NCBI GenBank assembly: GCA_030830805.1 | Contig: JAURMH010000043.1 | Coordinates: 1,248-65,247, forward strand | Reading direction: 5' to 3' | From: Bacteroidota bacterium | GTDB taxonomy: Bacteria; Bacteroidota; Bacteroidia; Sphingobacteriales; Sphingobacteriaceae | Length of the DNA: 64,000 nucleotides | Part shown: in pieces, positions 19,199 through 29,440 of the stretch | Position numbering within the stretch: position 1 is the first letter of the stretch | How the letters are laid out: the number at the start of each line of letters is the position of its first letter | The notes under the pieces: model-generated | Database searches by the model: none | What the model was told of the DNA's origin: nothing | The model's input: the letters and a program-made list of their open reading frames with translations, nothing else | Program-made: the position numbers and the translations under genes

Positions 19199-20482
19199 TT
19201 ACATCAACAAACCTGCAATCGTAGCAGACAAGTAAGAAGCCAGTGTTCCGCAAATCAATGCTTTAAATCCTAGCTTAGCCAAGTCTGCACGTCTATCGGG
19301 CGCTAGTTCGCCAATGCCACCTACTTGTATAGCTATAGAGCTAAAATTAGCAAATCCACACAATGCAAAGCTGACAATCACAATCGATTTTTTTGATAAA
19401 ATACCGGCCGCAATCATTGGCGATAAATTAGAGTAAGCCACAAATTCGTTGATTACTAATTTGGTGCCCATGAGCGCACCAACTAGGTGTGTATCTTTTG
19501 AAGGCACACCCATGAGGTAGGCAAAAACAGAAAACACAGACCCTAAAATTTCTTTCAAACTAAGCTCTTTCAAAGAAATACCAATCATGCTTAAATCCAA
19601 GCTGGTGTTATAATATAAAGCCCTACCTAAATAACCTAAGCCTGCATCAACCATCGCAATTAATGCAATAAACCCAAGCAACATGGCAATCACATTTAAC
19701 GAAATACGCATGCCGTCACTTGCGCCATGCGAAATAGCATCCATTAAATTAGCATGTGCTTTTTTAATTTCAATTTTAACTGTTCCTTTTGTTTCGGAAA
19801 CTTCGGTTTCGGGGTATACAATTTTTGCTATAACTAATGCACCCGGAGCTGCCATAATACTAGCTGCAATTAAATATTCTGCAGGCACGCCCATCGAAAT
19901 ATAAACAGCCATTACACCTCCTGCAATACAAGCCATACTGCCAGCCATACTCGCTAACAATTCAGACTTGGTCATTCCAGAAATATATGGTTTGATCATA
20001 ATTTGCGCTTCTACTTGTCCAACAAATGCACTGCCTACATTCGACAATGCTTCCGAACCACTTACGCCCATTAGCTTATGAACAACTTTTGCAAACACCG
20101 CTACAATTCTTTGCATGATTCCAATATGATAAGCAATGCTTACTAATACTGATACAAAAATAATAGTGGGGATAATTTTAAAAAAGAAAATAAAGGTGTT
20201 GCTAATGCCAAATACAGGCGCTAATAAAGAGGAGTTCACTAACGGTCCAAATACAAAATCTGCACCTTTATTAGAGAAGTCTAATAACATGGTAATAAAG
20301 TAACCAATTTTCGCAAACACTAATTGCCCTAATGGTACCTTTAGAATAAAAACAGCAAGCAAAGCTTGAATGAGCAAGCCTGTAAATACTAGTTTTTTAT
20401 CAATTGCTTTTTTATTATTTGAAAGTAAAAATGCAATACCTAAAATAGCGATGATACCAAAAATTCCGAAATAACGATCCAT
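19199..20482 (-). CDS. NupC/NupG (CNT) family nucleoside transporter
   Basis: 427 aa polytopic membrane protein. Its conserved segments (GSEALSNVGSAFVGQVEA, CGFANFSSIAIQVGG) are typical of concentrative nucleoside transporters. Confidence 0.85.
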   Translation of the reverse strand: MDRYFGIFGIIAILGIAFLLSNNKKAIDKKLVFTGLLIQALLAVFILKVPLGQLVFAKIGYFITMLLDFSNKGADFVFGPLVNSSLLAPVFGISNTFIFFFKIIPTIIFVSVLVSIAYHIGIMQRIVAVFAKVVHKLMGVSGSEALSNVGSAFVGQVEAQIMIKPYISGMTKSELLASMAGSMACIAGGVMAVYISMGVPAEYLIAASIMAAPGALVIAKIVYPETEVSETKGTVKIEIKKAHANLMDAISHGASDGMRISLNVIAMLLGFIALIAMVDAGLGYLGRALYYNTSLDLSMIGISLKELSLKEILGSVFSVFAYLMGVPSKDTHLVGALMGTKLVINEFVAYSNLSPMIAAGILSKKSIVIVSFALCGFANFSSIAIQVGGIGELAPDRRADLAKLGFKALICGTLASYLSATIAGLLM

Positions 20483-20525
20483 GTTTATTTTTATCTTTTT
20501 AAATATACTTTTTTTTAATATTATT

Positions 20526-21965
20526 TTAAAAACCTTTTATCTCTACAGCAAGTTTGCCGATACAAGCTAATTGGATAGCAATAGCTTGTTCTTCTAATAA
20601 AATGTCTGTAGGTTCAAATCGAATAATATTACCATTTAATTTAATGAAATCAAATTTTGCGCTTGTAAGTGCGTTGTTTGCATTTTGTTGCGCTTGCAAC
20701 AATTGTGTTTTCATGGGATAAGCCAATTGTAATTCTATTTGTTTTTTAAAAGAGCTCTTAAAAAGAAATGCAGTTGCACCTACTAAGGCATTCTTACTTT
20801 TAATATCGAAATCAAAATTGGCAATTTTTAATTCTTGATTTACTCTGTCATATATGGGTGTGCCAAGTGCATATATTTCTGCATTGATTTTTTTGGTGAA
20901 TAGTCCTTTCGTTACAGCTGCGTTTAAATTAATTTTAGCAGCAATCTTATCGCCATTGTTAAAAATAGTTATCTGATTAATGGTGATTAGTTGTTTGCCA
21001 TCTTCATAGCTAAATGTTTTACCCACTAATGCGTTATTAGCTAATAAACTAGCCTGCGTGTAGTCGATAGTCGCTTTGCAATAAATGGCAAAACTGCTGT
21101 CGTATTTTTGTTGTTGCGTTAAATTTGGTAGTTTTTTATAGCTAGTAATTATTGGCTTTTCTCCAGTAACCACAGCTATTCCAGCCTTTATGCCCATGTA
21201 AAAATAAATAGATTTTCCGTCGCAATTAATTTTTGATGCAGAAATAGATTCTGGCGAAATAACTAAATAGCTTTTATACGATTCATTAATTAATTGAGCT
21301 AGTTGAAATTCATTCCAATATTTTTCAACGGTAGGTTTTATTTTTAATAATCTACTTACTTCGATATCTAATTTTTCGTTTAACTCTTTTGTTTTTAAAT
21401 TCAATGCCGTTTCTATTACTGCACCAATTGGAATTTTAATCAATCCTAAAGATAGAAATGGTTTCTCGAGCCATTGAAAATCGGTTTCTGAATTTATTTG
21501 TACGTCCCAATTTGCATTAATCCCAATTTTACTATTGATGGTTAAATTTATCTTAAAAGTAGCTTCTTTAGATTGGTCTACGCCAACTGTTTGATCAAAC
21601 ATGCTAAAGAAATCTTTTTTTAATCTACCTTTTACATAAATTTCGATGGGTGCAGTAATCGAAATTTTATCTCCTTTGCCACTAATTTTAAAGTCTGCTA
21701 GCTTGCTTATCTTTACAATTAAATTATCGTTGTTATTATTTTCAAAACTCTCGTCATTATATAAAACACCAGTAAATTGCTTATTGATATTGTTTTCTAG
21801 GCTCAAGCAATTCACGCTAATGGGTAAATTGATAGTGGAAAGGGGTATCGTATTCTTTTTCGTAACTCCCAAATCTGGCTTAATAGCCACCGTTTTTTGG
21901 ATGCCACAGCTATTTAAAATAGAAGCAAATGCAAGTATGATAAGGCTAAAAGTCAGTTTTTTCAT
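20526..21965 (-). CDS. hypothetical lipoprotein (possibly DUF4403-like)
   Basis: It has a lipoprotein signal (ASILNSC). This is a 479 aa beta-rich protein with no catalytic motif. The family assignment is from memory of size and context only. Confidence 0.45.
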   Translation of the reverse strand: MKKLTFSLIILAFASILNSCGIQKTVAIKPDLGVTKKNTIPLSTINLPISVNCLSLENNINKQFTGVLYNDESFENNNNDNLIVKISKLADFKISGKGDKISITAPIEIYVKGRLKKDFFSMFDQTVGVDQSKEATFKINLTINSKIGINANWDVQINSETDFQWLEKPFLSLGLIKIPIGAVIETALNLKTKELNEKLDIEVSRLLKIKPTVEKYWNEFQLAQLINESYKSYLVISPESISASKINCDGKSIYFYMGIKAGIAVVTGEKPIITSYKKLPNLTQQQKYDSSFAIYCKATIDYTQASLLANNALVGKTFSYEDGKQLITINQITIFNNGDKIAAKINLNAAVTKGLFTKKINAEIYALGTPIYDRVNQELKIANFDFDIKSKNALVGATAFLFKSSFKKQIELQLAYPMKTQLLQAQQNANNALTSAKFDFIKLNGNIIRFEPTDILLEEQAIAIQLACIGKLAVEIKGF

Positions 21966-22079
21966 TTTGTTAATGGCAATTTCTGCTAAAGTAATAAAAT
22001 TGCTAAAATAAGCTGATAAACCTTATGCGCGCTTTTATCTTTTATCATTATATTTACTTTAAATATCAATTCAATTAGA

Positions 22080-24629
22080 ATGAAAAACAACAAATTTTAC
22101 AGTGTATTAGCCATAGCGCTTACCATGTTCAGCATCCATGCAAATGCGCAATCAGAAAGCGTGGTTACTTCAGACAACGGACATGCAACCGAGCAGGCAA
22201 CAATCAACTTTAAAGCCATTGCTTTAATCAATGCCTATAATAAAACCGCGACCAAGCCAATTCAATTTATTGGCAATCGTAAAGCGCGAGAAATTCCAGA
22301 AATGGATATCAATCGTAAAAATAAAACGGTGCATGTCGATCCGTTTGGTATTACTCAAAACTTTGCAAAAAGCGTTGCAGCGCCTAACCCTTCACCATCT
22401 CCTATTTCAAATTTTGCAGGTATCAGCGACAACAATACTTCTATACCTCCAGATGTAAATGGAACAGTTGGTCTAACACATGTAATGACAACACTCAATA
22501 CACAAGTTAGAATTTCGGACAGAAATGGGGTAACGATTAGCACCGTTTCCTTAGACGCTTTTTGGGCTCCCGTAGGTTCTGCTTCGGGTTGTTACGATCC
22601 AAAAGTCTTATATGATCACGAAGCAAATAGATGGATGATGGTTACATCTTGTAATGCACAAACGGTAAACTCAAGCACTTTATTAGCCATCTCTAATACC
22701 GGCGACCCTACTGCAGGTTGGAGGTTATATAGAGTTGATGTAGATTCAACGAATAGAAAATGGGTAGATTATCCAAGTATAGGTTTTAACGATAAATGGA
22801 TTGTTGTGCAAATGAATTTATTTGCCATGCCAAATAATTCGGGTACATCGCATCAAATTTATGTTTGGAATAAAGCAGATTTATATGCGGGCGGTGTCGG
22901 TTTATTTAAAAGATTTGAAATTACAAACGAAGCAACTGCTATTGCATGTCCTTCTATACATTACGATAGATCAATTGGAAAAATGTATACCTTCAGAGTT
23001 TCTTCTGGAAGCAGTGGAGGGAATGGTGTTTTAGGCATGAGAACAATTACAGGTCAAGTAGGCGCAGAGGTTTTGTCTAGCGAAACAGTTATTACTACTC
23101 CTAATCCATGGGCTAGTTCGGGAAATAACAATACTAATTTTGGACCACAATTAGGTACCATCAAAACCATCGCTACAAACGATCATCGTATGAGACAAGT
23201 AGTGGTTAGAGACGGGAAAATTTATGCTGTACACACCGTCTTTTTGCCAAATACCGGCGCAGTTAGAAGTAGCGTTCAGTGGTGGCAATTCGATTCAACA
23301 GGCGCCGTTTTACAACGTAGTAGAATTGATGATCCAACAGGTAAAAAGTTTTATTCTTTTCCAAGTATTGCAGTTAACAAAGCAAATGACATGTTAATTG
23401 GTTATTCGAGTTTTTCTCCATTGCAATATGCAAGTGGCTCTTATTCTTTTAGAGCTGCTGCAGATCCAATCAATACGATGAGAGATGAATACCTATTTAA
23501 AGGTGGCGAAAATATTTATTTTAAAGATTTCGGTGGAACAAGAAATCGTTGGGGCGATTATACCAATACAGTTGTTGATCCACAAAATGATTCTACTTTT
23601 TGGACTGTTCAAGAATACGCTGGGTATACTTCAAATACTTGGGCAACTTGGTGGGCGCAAGTAAAACCAAATGCAATAACTGCAGATTTTATTTCAGATA
23701 AAAAAGTAGTATGCGCTGGCGAATCAATTACATTTACCAATACCTCCAATTTTACTGGCAGTAATATTGCATGGACATTTGCAGGAGGAACGCCTGCAAC
23801 TTCTACCGCTGCTAGCCCAACGGTAACTTATGCTACCAATGGAAGATATAAAGTAACCTTAACCGTAGACGGAAAAGTGCAAGATAAAGATGGTTATGTA
23901 ATTGTCAATGTGTTACCAAAAACAACAGGAATTGTAAGTGCAAATAATTTATGTGTAGGCAAAACGGTAACCATTACTGCAACTCAAGCTTCTGCAACAT
24001 ATGCATGGAACACAGGCGCAACTTCAAGAAGCATTACAGTTTCGACGACCGGCGATTATTATTGTACTATTTTAGCCTCAAATGGATTGTGTACCGCAAC
24101 CACCGATACTTTTAAAATTAGATTTAAACCTTTACCAGTGGTAACATTAGATAGTTTAATGCCTGTTAATCCTAGCGGAAGACCTATTGCATTATATGGC
24201 GGCTTGCCTGCAGGTGGCGTTTACACTGGCACTGGAGTGAGTAATGGCATCTTTGATCCGGCGATAAGTGGCGTAGGTATTTTTAATATTACTTATACTT
24301 ATACAGATACTGCGGGTTGTTCAAATAAGGCAACTAGAACTATCGAAGTAACCGCATTGGCAGGAATTTCGACACAGGTTAAATCTTTTAAAGTAACACC
24401 GAATCCAAGTTCGGGTATTTTAAATGTGATACTTGCAACAGAAAACCCTAGCACATTGCAAGTAAAAGTACTAGACCAATTAGGTAAAGTAGTATTTGTA
24501 TTAGATAGAAATGAGTTGAGTAATCAGCACCGCGAACAATTAGATTTAACACATTTAGCAAAAGGTGTTTATTTTATTCAGGCAATAACTGGAGACAAAA
24601 CAAGCAGCAGCAAGTTTGTGATTAAATAA
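22080..24629 (+). CDS. T9SS-secreted protein: uncharacterised propeller-like N-terminal domain, PKD/Ig-like repeats and a type-A C-terminal sorting domain
   Basis: It has a signal peptide, PKD-like segments (ADFISDKKVVCAGESITFTNTS...) and a C-terminal CTD (FKVTPNPSSGILNV...GVYFIQAITGDKTSSSKFVIK). Confidence 0.7.
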   Translation: MKNNKFYSVLAIALTMFSIHANAQSESVVTSDNGHATEQATINFKAIALINAYNKTATKPIQFIGNRKAREIPEMDINRKNKTVHVDPFGITQNFAKSVAAPNPSPSPISNFAGISDNNTSIPPDVNGTVGLTHVMTTLNTQVRISDRNGVTISTVSLDAFWAPVGSASGCYDPKVLYDHEANRWMMVTSCNAQTVNSSTLLAISNTGDPTAGWRLYRVDVDSTNRKWVDYPSIGFNDKWIVVQMNLFAMPNNSGTSHQIYVWNKADLYAGGVGLFKRFEITNEATAIACPSIHYDRSIGKMYTFRVSSGSSGGNGVLGMRTITGQVGAEVLSSETVITTPNPWASSGNNNTNFGPQLGTIKTIATNDHRMRQVVVRDGKIYAVHTVFLPNTGAVRSSVQWWQFDSTGAVLQRSRIDDPTGKKFYSFPSIAVNKANDMLIGYSSFSPLQYASGSYSFRAAADPINTMRDEYLFKGGENIYFKDFGGTRNRWGDYTNTVVDPQNDSTFWTVQEYAGYTSNTWATWWAQVKPNAITADFISDKKVVCAGESITFTNTSNFTGSNIAWTFAGGTPATSTAASPTVTYATNGRYKVTLTVDGKVQDKDGYVIVNVLPKTTGIVSANNLCVGKTVTITATQASATYAWNTGATSRSITVSTTGDYYCTILASNGLCTATTDTFKIRFKPLPVVTLDSLMPVNPSGRPIALYGGLPAGGVYTGTGVSNGIFDPAISGVGIFNITYTYTDTAGCSNKATRTIEVTALAGISTQVKSFKVTPNPSSGILNVILATENPSTLQVKVLDQLGKVVFVLDRNELSNQHREQLDLTHLAKGVYFIQAITGDKTSSSKFVIK

Positions 24630-24644
24630 AAAATCACCATTACA

Positions 24645-24678
24645 TAAAAAAAGCCCGAATAACATTCGGGCTTTTTTT
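24645..24678. terminator. bidirectional intrinsic terminator between the two convergent T9SS cargo genes
   Basis: The stem GCCCGAA (24653-24659) pairs with TTCGGGC (24665-24671). It is flanked by an A8 run and a T7 run. Confidence 0.85.
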
Positions 24679-24681
24679 ATG

Positions 24682-26574
24682 TTAAAATTTAATCAAGCTA
24701 TTGTTTAAAATTTCCTTATCTGTTTTAATTCGTACCAGATAATATCCTGATGGCAAATCGCCAATAAATATATTTCCGCTAGTGGTAAAATTTCCAGTGT
24801 AGTTGATTGTTTTTATAGTTTCTCCTTGGGTATTAATGATTTTTAATTCATTCAAAGAAATGGCTTTTGAAAATACTAAATTGATATTTTCTGAAGCAGG
24901 ATTGGGTCGAATCTGTAAGCTTATCTTCCCTAAATTCGTAACGTCTGCTACGTTAGAAACCTTTGATTTTGCTAGTATCCAGCGATTCGGGTCGAAATCT
25001 AATTTGTTAGGGGTAAAATTTAATTGAACTACAAAGTCTTGTCCCGAAAATAAATTGTCTACCCTTACTATGGTATCTTTTGTGCTATTGGAAAGTTGTA
25101 ATTCGATAGGCATTTCAAAGAAGGAAACAGTAGCCGAACTACTTTTTTGTTTGACGGTAATTACTACTTGGTTGTTTGCTTCGTTTCTCCATAGTATTTC
25201 ATAGGTAGGATAACCTTCACCAATAAACCAATCATCAAAAAACCATTGTAAGTCTTTTCCTGTAACAGCCGATAAATGGTAAGCTAAGCTATTGGTACTT
25301 GCATAATCATGTTGTAAATTTTGATCGTATAAATAACTTCTTAAACCTAAAAAGAAAAGAGAATCTCCCATAACTCCTCTTAACATATGCAATAAATAAG
25401 AGCCTTTTTTATAAGATAATCTTTCATTAAATATAGTAGAGATATTATTGGTGTCGCTCACCTTTACAGACCCATCACTTACATCAGTTACATAACTAAT
25501 GGTGCTTGTCTTAAATAAATTCCATTGTGCAGGGTCTACATCAAAATCGTTGATTAATGCTGCAAAATAAGTAGCAAAACCTTCGTTTAGCCAAATATCT
25601 TCCCATCCAGCGCAAGTAACCATGTTGCCAAACCATTGATGCGCTAATTCGTGTGCAATTAATCCTCTATTAAAATTGCCCATAAAACTCATGGTTTGGT
25701 GTTCCATGCCGCCAGAGAAACCACATTGTGCATGACCATATTTTTCTTTTGCAAATGGATAAGGGCCAACTAGTTTTTCATATAATTTTAAAATCGGAAT
25801 TACTGCTTTGGTTTGTAATTTGGAATTGGTTAAATTTTGCGGATACACATAATTTAAAATTGGCAATGGTCCATCTATTAAATCTGCGGTGTCGGTATAT
25901 TGTTTATAATTACTTACGGCAAATGCAACTAAATAACTGGTAATAGGATAGCGGTGTTTCCAATGGTAAATAAAATCATTCTCCATAGAATCGGTAGCAA
26001 CTAGTAAACCATTTGCTGCAGCCAAATAGGGTTTAGGGGTACGGATAAAAATATCTATAGAGTCAATTTTATCATCTAAACTTAATTTAGAGGGCCACCA
26101 CTCCATCGACCCAAAAGGTTCTGAAAGGGTCCAAATAACTGGGCCATAGCCATGATCGCTTTGGGTGAATGCGCCAAATCCAGAACGAGAAGGAGCGCCT
26201 TGGTATCGAATGGTAATAGAATCTATTTCGTTAGGAGCAATTATGGAAGGTAAAAAAATCTGTAATTTATTTAAGTAATCATGCGAATAGGCTACACCAT
26301 TTTGATGGTATAAAATGGTATCGACACTTAAGTTTTTTGCTAGCGAAAAATAAAGCTTATTGGTGATTTGGCTAGTTTTAAAATAGTAGGTAACCTCTCC
26401 ATTAATATAATTTACCTTAGGATCAATTTGCCAATAGGCATGTAGGTAGGTTAAATTAATATGGCTACTATCAAAGTATGCTATCGGGTTGATTGCTTTT
26501 ATTTTATTTTCTTGCGCTAAAATTTGCATAGAAAAAAATAATAAAAGAAATAAAAATAAAAGTCTTTTAGGCAT
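24682..26574 (-). CDS. M1 family aminopeptidase with a T9SS type-A C-terminal sorting domain
   Basis: It has the HEXXH-18-E zinc site (HELAHQWFGN ... WLNEGFA) and the exopeptidase GGMEH motif. The CTD reads LQIRPNPASENINL...GYYLVRIKTDKE. The start ATG at 26574 gives the signal peptide MPKRLLFLFLLLFFSMQILAQ. Confidence 0.85.
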   Translation of the reverse strand: MPKRLLFLFLLLFFSMQILAQENKIKAINPIAYFDSSHINLTYLHAYWQIDPKVNYINGEVTYYFKTSQITNKLYFSLAKNLSVDTILYHQNGVAYSHDYLNKLQIFLPSIIAPNEIDSITIRYQGAPSRSGFGAFTQSDHGYGPVIWTLSEPFGSMEWWPSKLSLDDKIDSIDIFIRTPKPYLAAANGLLVATDSMENDFIYHWKHRYPITSYLVAFAVSNYKQYTDTADLIDGPLPILNYVYPQNLTNSKLQTKAVIPILKLYEKLVGPYPFAKEKYGHAQCGFSGGMEHQTMSFMGNFNRGLIAHELAHQWFGNMVTCAGWEDIWLNEGFATYFAALINDFDVDPAQWNLFKTSTISYVTDVSDGSVKVSDTNNISTIFNERLSYKKGSYLLHMLRGVMGDSLFFLGLRSYLYDQNLQHDYASTNSLAYHLSAVTGKDLQWFFDDWFIGEGYPTYEILWRNEANNQVVITVKQKSSSATVSFFEMPIELQLSNSTKDTIVRVDNLFSGQDFVVQLNFTPNKLDFDPNRWILAKSKVSNVADVTNLGKISLQIRPNPASENINLVFSKAISLNELKIINTQGETIKTINYTGNFTTSGNIFIGDLPSGYYLVRIKTDKEILNNSLIKF

Positions 26575-27745
26575 ATAGCGTAATTCTAAAAGTGCTGCCT
26601 TTCCCAAGTACAGATTCTTTTACAACAATTTGGCCATTGTGGTAGTTTTCGATGATTCGCTTTGCTAGCGATAGTCCTAAGCCCCATCCTCTTTTTCGGG
26701 TAGTATATCCTGGTTCAAAAATAGTTTCAAATTTTGATTTAGGAATGCCAGCGCCGGTATCCGAAATATCGATAAACACTTTATTTTTTTGTTGAGAAAT
26801 GGAAAGTTTAATAGCGCCTTGTATGCCTATGGCATTAATAGCATTATTGCACAAATTTTCGATTACCCAATCAAACAACGAAGCATTTAATTGCGCACAA
26901 ATAGTGTGGTCTCCATTTATTTCAAGAGTAATTTTTTCGCTGGTTCGTTTTTTAATATATGCTATATTTCTTTCGAGCGTTTCATAAACATTTTCTGGTT
27001 TCAACACTGGAACAGATCCAATTTTAGAAAAACGATCGGCTACTATTTCTAATTTTTTTACATCGTTTTCCATTTCGTCTACGATGCTAATTTCTTGGGT
27101 CGAAATTTTTAATTTTAAATGTTCAATCCAAGCCAATAAGGAAGAAATTGGGGTGCCTAGTTGATGAGCGGTTTCTTTTGCTAAACCAACCCATACGCGG
27201 TTTTGCTCCGATTTTCGACTAGCACTAAAAGCTAAATAAGAAACAAATAAAAACACGGCAATAATAGCAAGTTGTATATATGGATAAATTTTCAACTGCA
27301 TTAAAATAGAAGAGTCTTTATAATATATAAATTGTTTTTCTCCTGGTATTACTTCATAGATTATCGGATCATGTTGTTGTTTCATGATGGCTAATTGTGC
27401 TTGAAAATAATTCGGATCAAATTGCTTATTGGGTTCATTTGTAGCGTCAAATGTTTTGGCAGTGTCTAAACCTCTACTATGTAAAACTACATTATTGGAA
27501 TCGGCAATAATGGTTGCCATGTCGTTATTGTTAATGATGTTTTCAAAAAGGAAAACAATAAACTCACCATCTGTTGCTTTGATTAGTTGTTTGGTAGCTT
27601 CGATACGAAGTTCAATTTTTTGTTTTTCTTCGATTTGTAAACGCTTTACTAAAATATTTGTATAAACCAAAGAAGACAGTCCAATGACTACCGCAAACAG
27701 GAGCAGTAATATTTTTTTATTCTTTTTGGTTTCTGGTTTATTCAT
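26567..27745 (-). CDS. sensor histidine kinase (two TM segments, periplasmic loop, DHp and HATPase_c domains)
   Basis: It has an H-box (ETAHQLGTPISS), an N-box (ENLCNNAINA) and G-boxes (DTGAGIP, GWGLGLSLAKR). No response regulator is adjacent. Confidence 0.8.
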   Translation of the reverse strand: MNKPETKKNKKILLLLFAVVIGLSSLVYTNILVKRLQIEEKQKIELRIEATKQLIKATDGEFIVFLFENIINNNDMATIIADSNNVVLHSRGLDTAKTFDATNEPNKQFDPNYFQAQLAIMKQQHDPIIYEVIPGEKQFIYYKDSSILMQLKIYPYIQLAIIAVFLFVSYLAFSASRKSEQNRVWVGLAKETAHQLGTPISSLLAWIEHLKLKISTQEISIVDEMENDVKKLEIVADRFSKIGSVPVLKPENVYETLERNIAYIKKRTSEKITLEINGDHTICAQLNASLFDWVIENLCNNAINAIGIQGAIKLSISQQKNKVFIDISDTGAGIPKSKFETIFEPGYTTRKRGWGLGLSLAKRIIENYHNGQIVVKESVLGKGSTFRITLYA

Positions 27746-27803
27746 CCAACGAAAATACTAATTAATCATTGATCGATGTAAATTTTAAGAATTCAATAAT
27801 TTA

Positions 27804-27833
27804 CCAAAATTAGACCAAAATCTGACCCAAAAT
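27804..27833. repeat. three phased direct repeats of (A)CCAAAAT
   Basis: CCAAAAT occurs at 27804-27810, 27815-27821 and 27827-27833 (spacings of 11 and 12 bp). A fourth CAAAAT lies at 27859-27864. The array sits in the divergent kinase/gltX intergenic region. Confidence 0.6.
27805..27812 (-). promoter_or_regulatory. candidate -7 promoter box for the histidine kinase gene
   Basis: Minus-strand TAATTTTG, 59 nt upstream of the ATG at 27745. It forms the first unit of the CCAAAAT repeat array. Confidence 0.3.
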
Positions 27834-27867
27834 TGCTTAATTGGCGCTATTTAGCGCTCAAAATACT

Positions 27868-27875
27868 TATATTTG
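27868..27875 (+). promoter_or_regulatory. candidate -7 promoter box for gltX
   Basis: TATATTTG, 7 nt upstream of the ATG at 27883. Confidence 0.4.
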
Positions 27876-27882
27876 TAAGCTT

Positions 27883-29418
27883 ATGGAAAGAAAAGTACGT
27901 GTTCGATTTGCGCCTAGTCCAACTGGCCCATTACATATGGGTGGAGTTCGTACGGCACTTTATAATTATTTGTTTGCAAAAAAACACGGCGGAGACATGT
28001 TGCTTCGTATCGAAGATACCGATCAAACCAGATATGTGCCAGGTGCAGAAAATTACATCATCGAATCTTTGGCATGGTGTGGCATAACTTTCGATGAAGG
28101 AGTTCATGTTGGAGGTCCGCATGCCCCTTATCGCCAATCCGAAAGAAAAGAAATGTATAAGCAATATGCTTTACAATTAATTGAATCTGGGCATGCTTAT
28201 TATGCATTCGACACCATGGAAGAATTGGATGCGATGCGCGAAAATTTAAAAGCCGCTAATGTTGCTTCCCCTCAATACAATTATATTACTAGAGAGGGTA
28301 TGAAAAACTCGCTCACATTGCCTAGCGACGAAGTGGCTCGCAGATTAGCGGCCGGTGATGCTTATGTTATTCGAATGAAAATTCCACGTAAAGAAGAAGT
28401 ACGTGTAGTGGATTTAATCAGAGGTAATGTGTTAGTGCAAACTTCACAAATGGACGATAAAGTTTTGTTCAAATCTGATGGTATGCCTACTTATCATTTA
28501 GCCAATGTAGTAGATGATTATTTAATGAAAATTACCCATGTAATTAGAGGAGAAGAGTGGTTGCCATCTGCTCCCTTACATGTATTACTTTATAGATATT
28601 TAGGATGGGAAGAAGTGATGCCACAATTTGCGCATTTACCATTATTGCTTAAGCCAGACGGCAATGGCAAATTGAGTAAGCGTGATGGCGACAGATTAGG
28701 CTTCCCTGTTTTTCCATTACAATGGCAAGACCCATTCACCGAAGAAATTAGTTCTGGTTATAGAGAAAATGGATATATTCCAGCTGCTTTTATTAATATG
28801 TTGGCTTTATTAGGATGGAATCCTGGAACGCCACAAGAAATTTTTAGCATGTCGGAATTAATCGAAGCATTTAGCATAGAAAGAATCTCCAAGTCGGGTG
28901 CAAAATTCGATGCTGCCAAAACTAAATGGTTTAATCAGCAATATTTAAGACAAACACCTTCCGAAGATTTAGCTAAAATTTTTGCAACAGAAATTCAAGC
29001 TAAGGGTTTTGATTATCCAATAACTTATATTCAAGCGGTCTGCGAATTAGTAAAAGAGAAGGCGCAATTTTCGAATGAGTTTTGGTCTTTAGCTAGTTAT
29101 TTTTTCGAAGAGCCAAATGCTTTTGATATGGACTTAGTTCGCAAAAAATGGAAAGATGCGGTACCTGCGTTTATGGCTAATTTAGCTACAGATTTAAATT
29201 CAACAGCTAGTTTTGATGCGCTTAGCATAGAATCATTATTTAAAATAACAGCTGAAAAAAACGGAATTGGTGCAGGTGCGGTGATGCAAATATTTAGAAT
29301 TGCAATATCGGGTCAAGCGGCCGGCCCAGCTATATTTGAGCTTACTTCATTAATCGGCAAAGAACGAATTGTAAAACGTTTAACTGCTGCAATCGATCAG
29401 TTTAATAGCATAGCCTAA
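27883..29418 (+). CDS. gltX: glutamate--tRNA ligase
   Basis: It has a HIGH-type motif ([16 protein letters not shown]) and the KMSKS-type motif KLSKR. The ATG at 27883 is preferred over the TTG at 27841. Confidence 0.95.
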   Translation: MERKVRVRFAPSPTGPLHMGGVRTALYNYLFAKKHGGDMLLRIEDTDQTRYVPGAENYIIESLAWCGITFDEGVHVGGPHAPYRQSERKEMYKQYALQLIESGHAYYAFDTMEELDAMRENLKAANVASPQYNYITREGMKNSLTLPSDEVARRLAAGDAYVIRMKIPRKEEVRVVDLIRGNVLVQTSQMDDKVLFKSDGMPTYHLANVVDDYLMKITHVIRGEEWLPSAPLHVLLYRYLGWEEVMPQFAHLPLLLKPDGNGKLSKRDGDRLGFPVFPLQWQDPFTEEISSGYRENGYIPAAFINMLALLGWNPGTPQEIFSMSELIEAFSIERISKSGAKFDAAKTKWFNQQYLRQTPSEDLAKIFATEIQAKGFDYPITYIQAVCELVKEKAQFSNEFWSLASYFFEEPNAFDMDLVRKKWKDAVPAFMANLATDLNSTASFDALSIESLFKITAEKNGIGAGAVMQIFRIAISGQAAGPAIFELTSLIGKERIVKRLTAAIDQFNSIA

Positions 29419-29440
29419 ACACAATCAAAAGCAAACCACT

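Noticed and set aside
19032-19235. 67-aa ORF spanning the tRNA-Asp gene and its terminator.
   Set aside because: It overlaps a well-folding tRNA and a strong hairpin terminator, so it is spurious.
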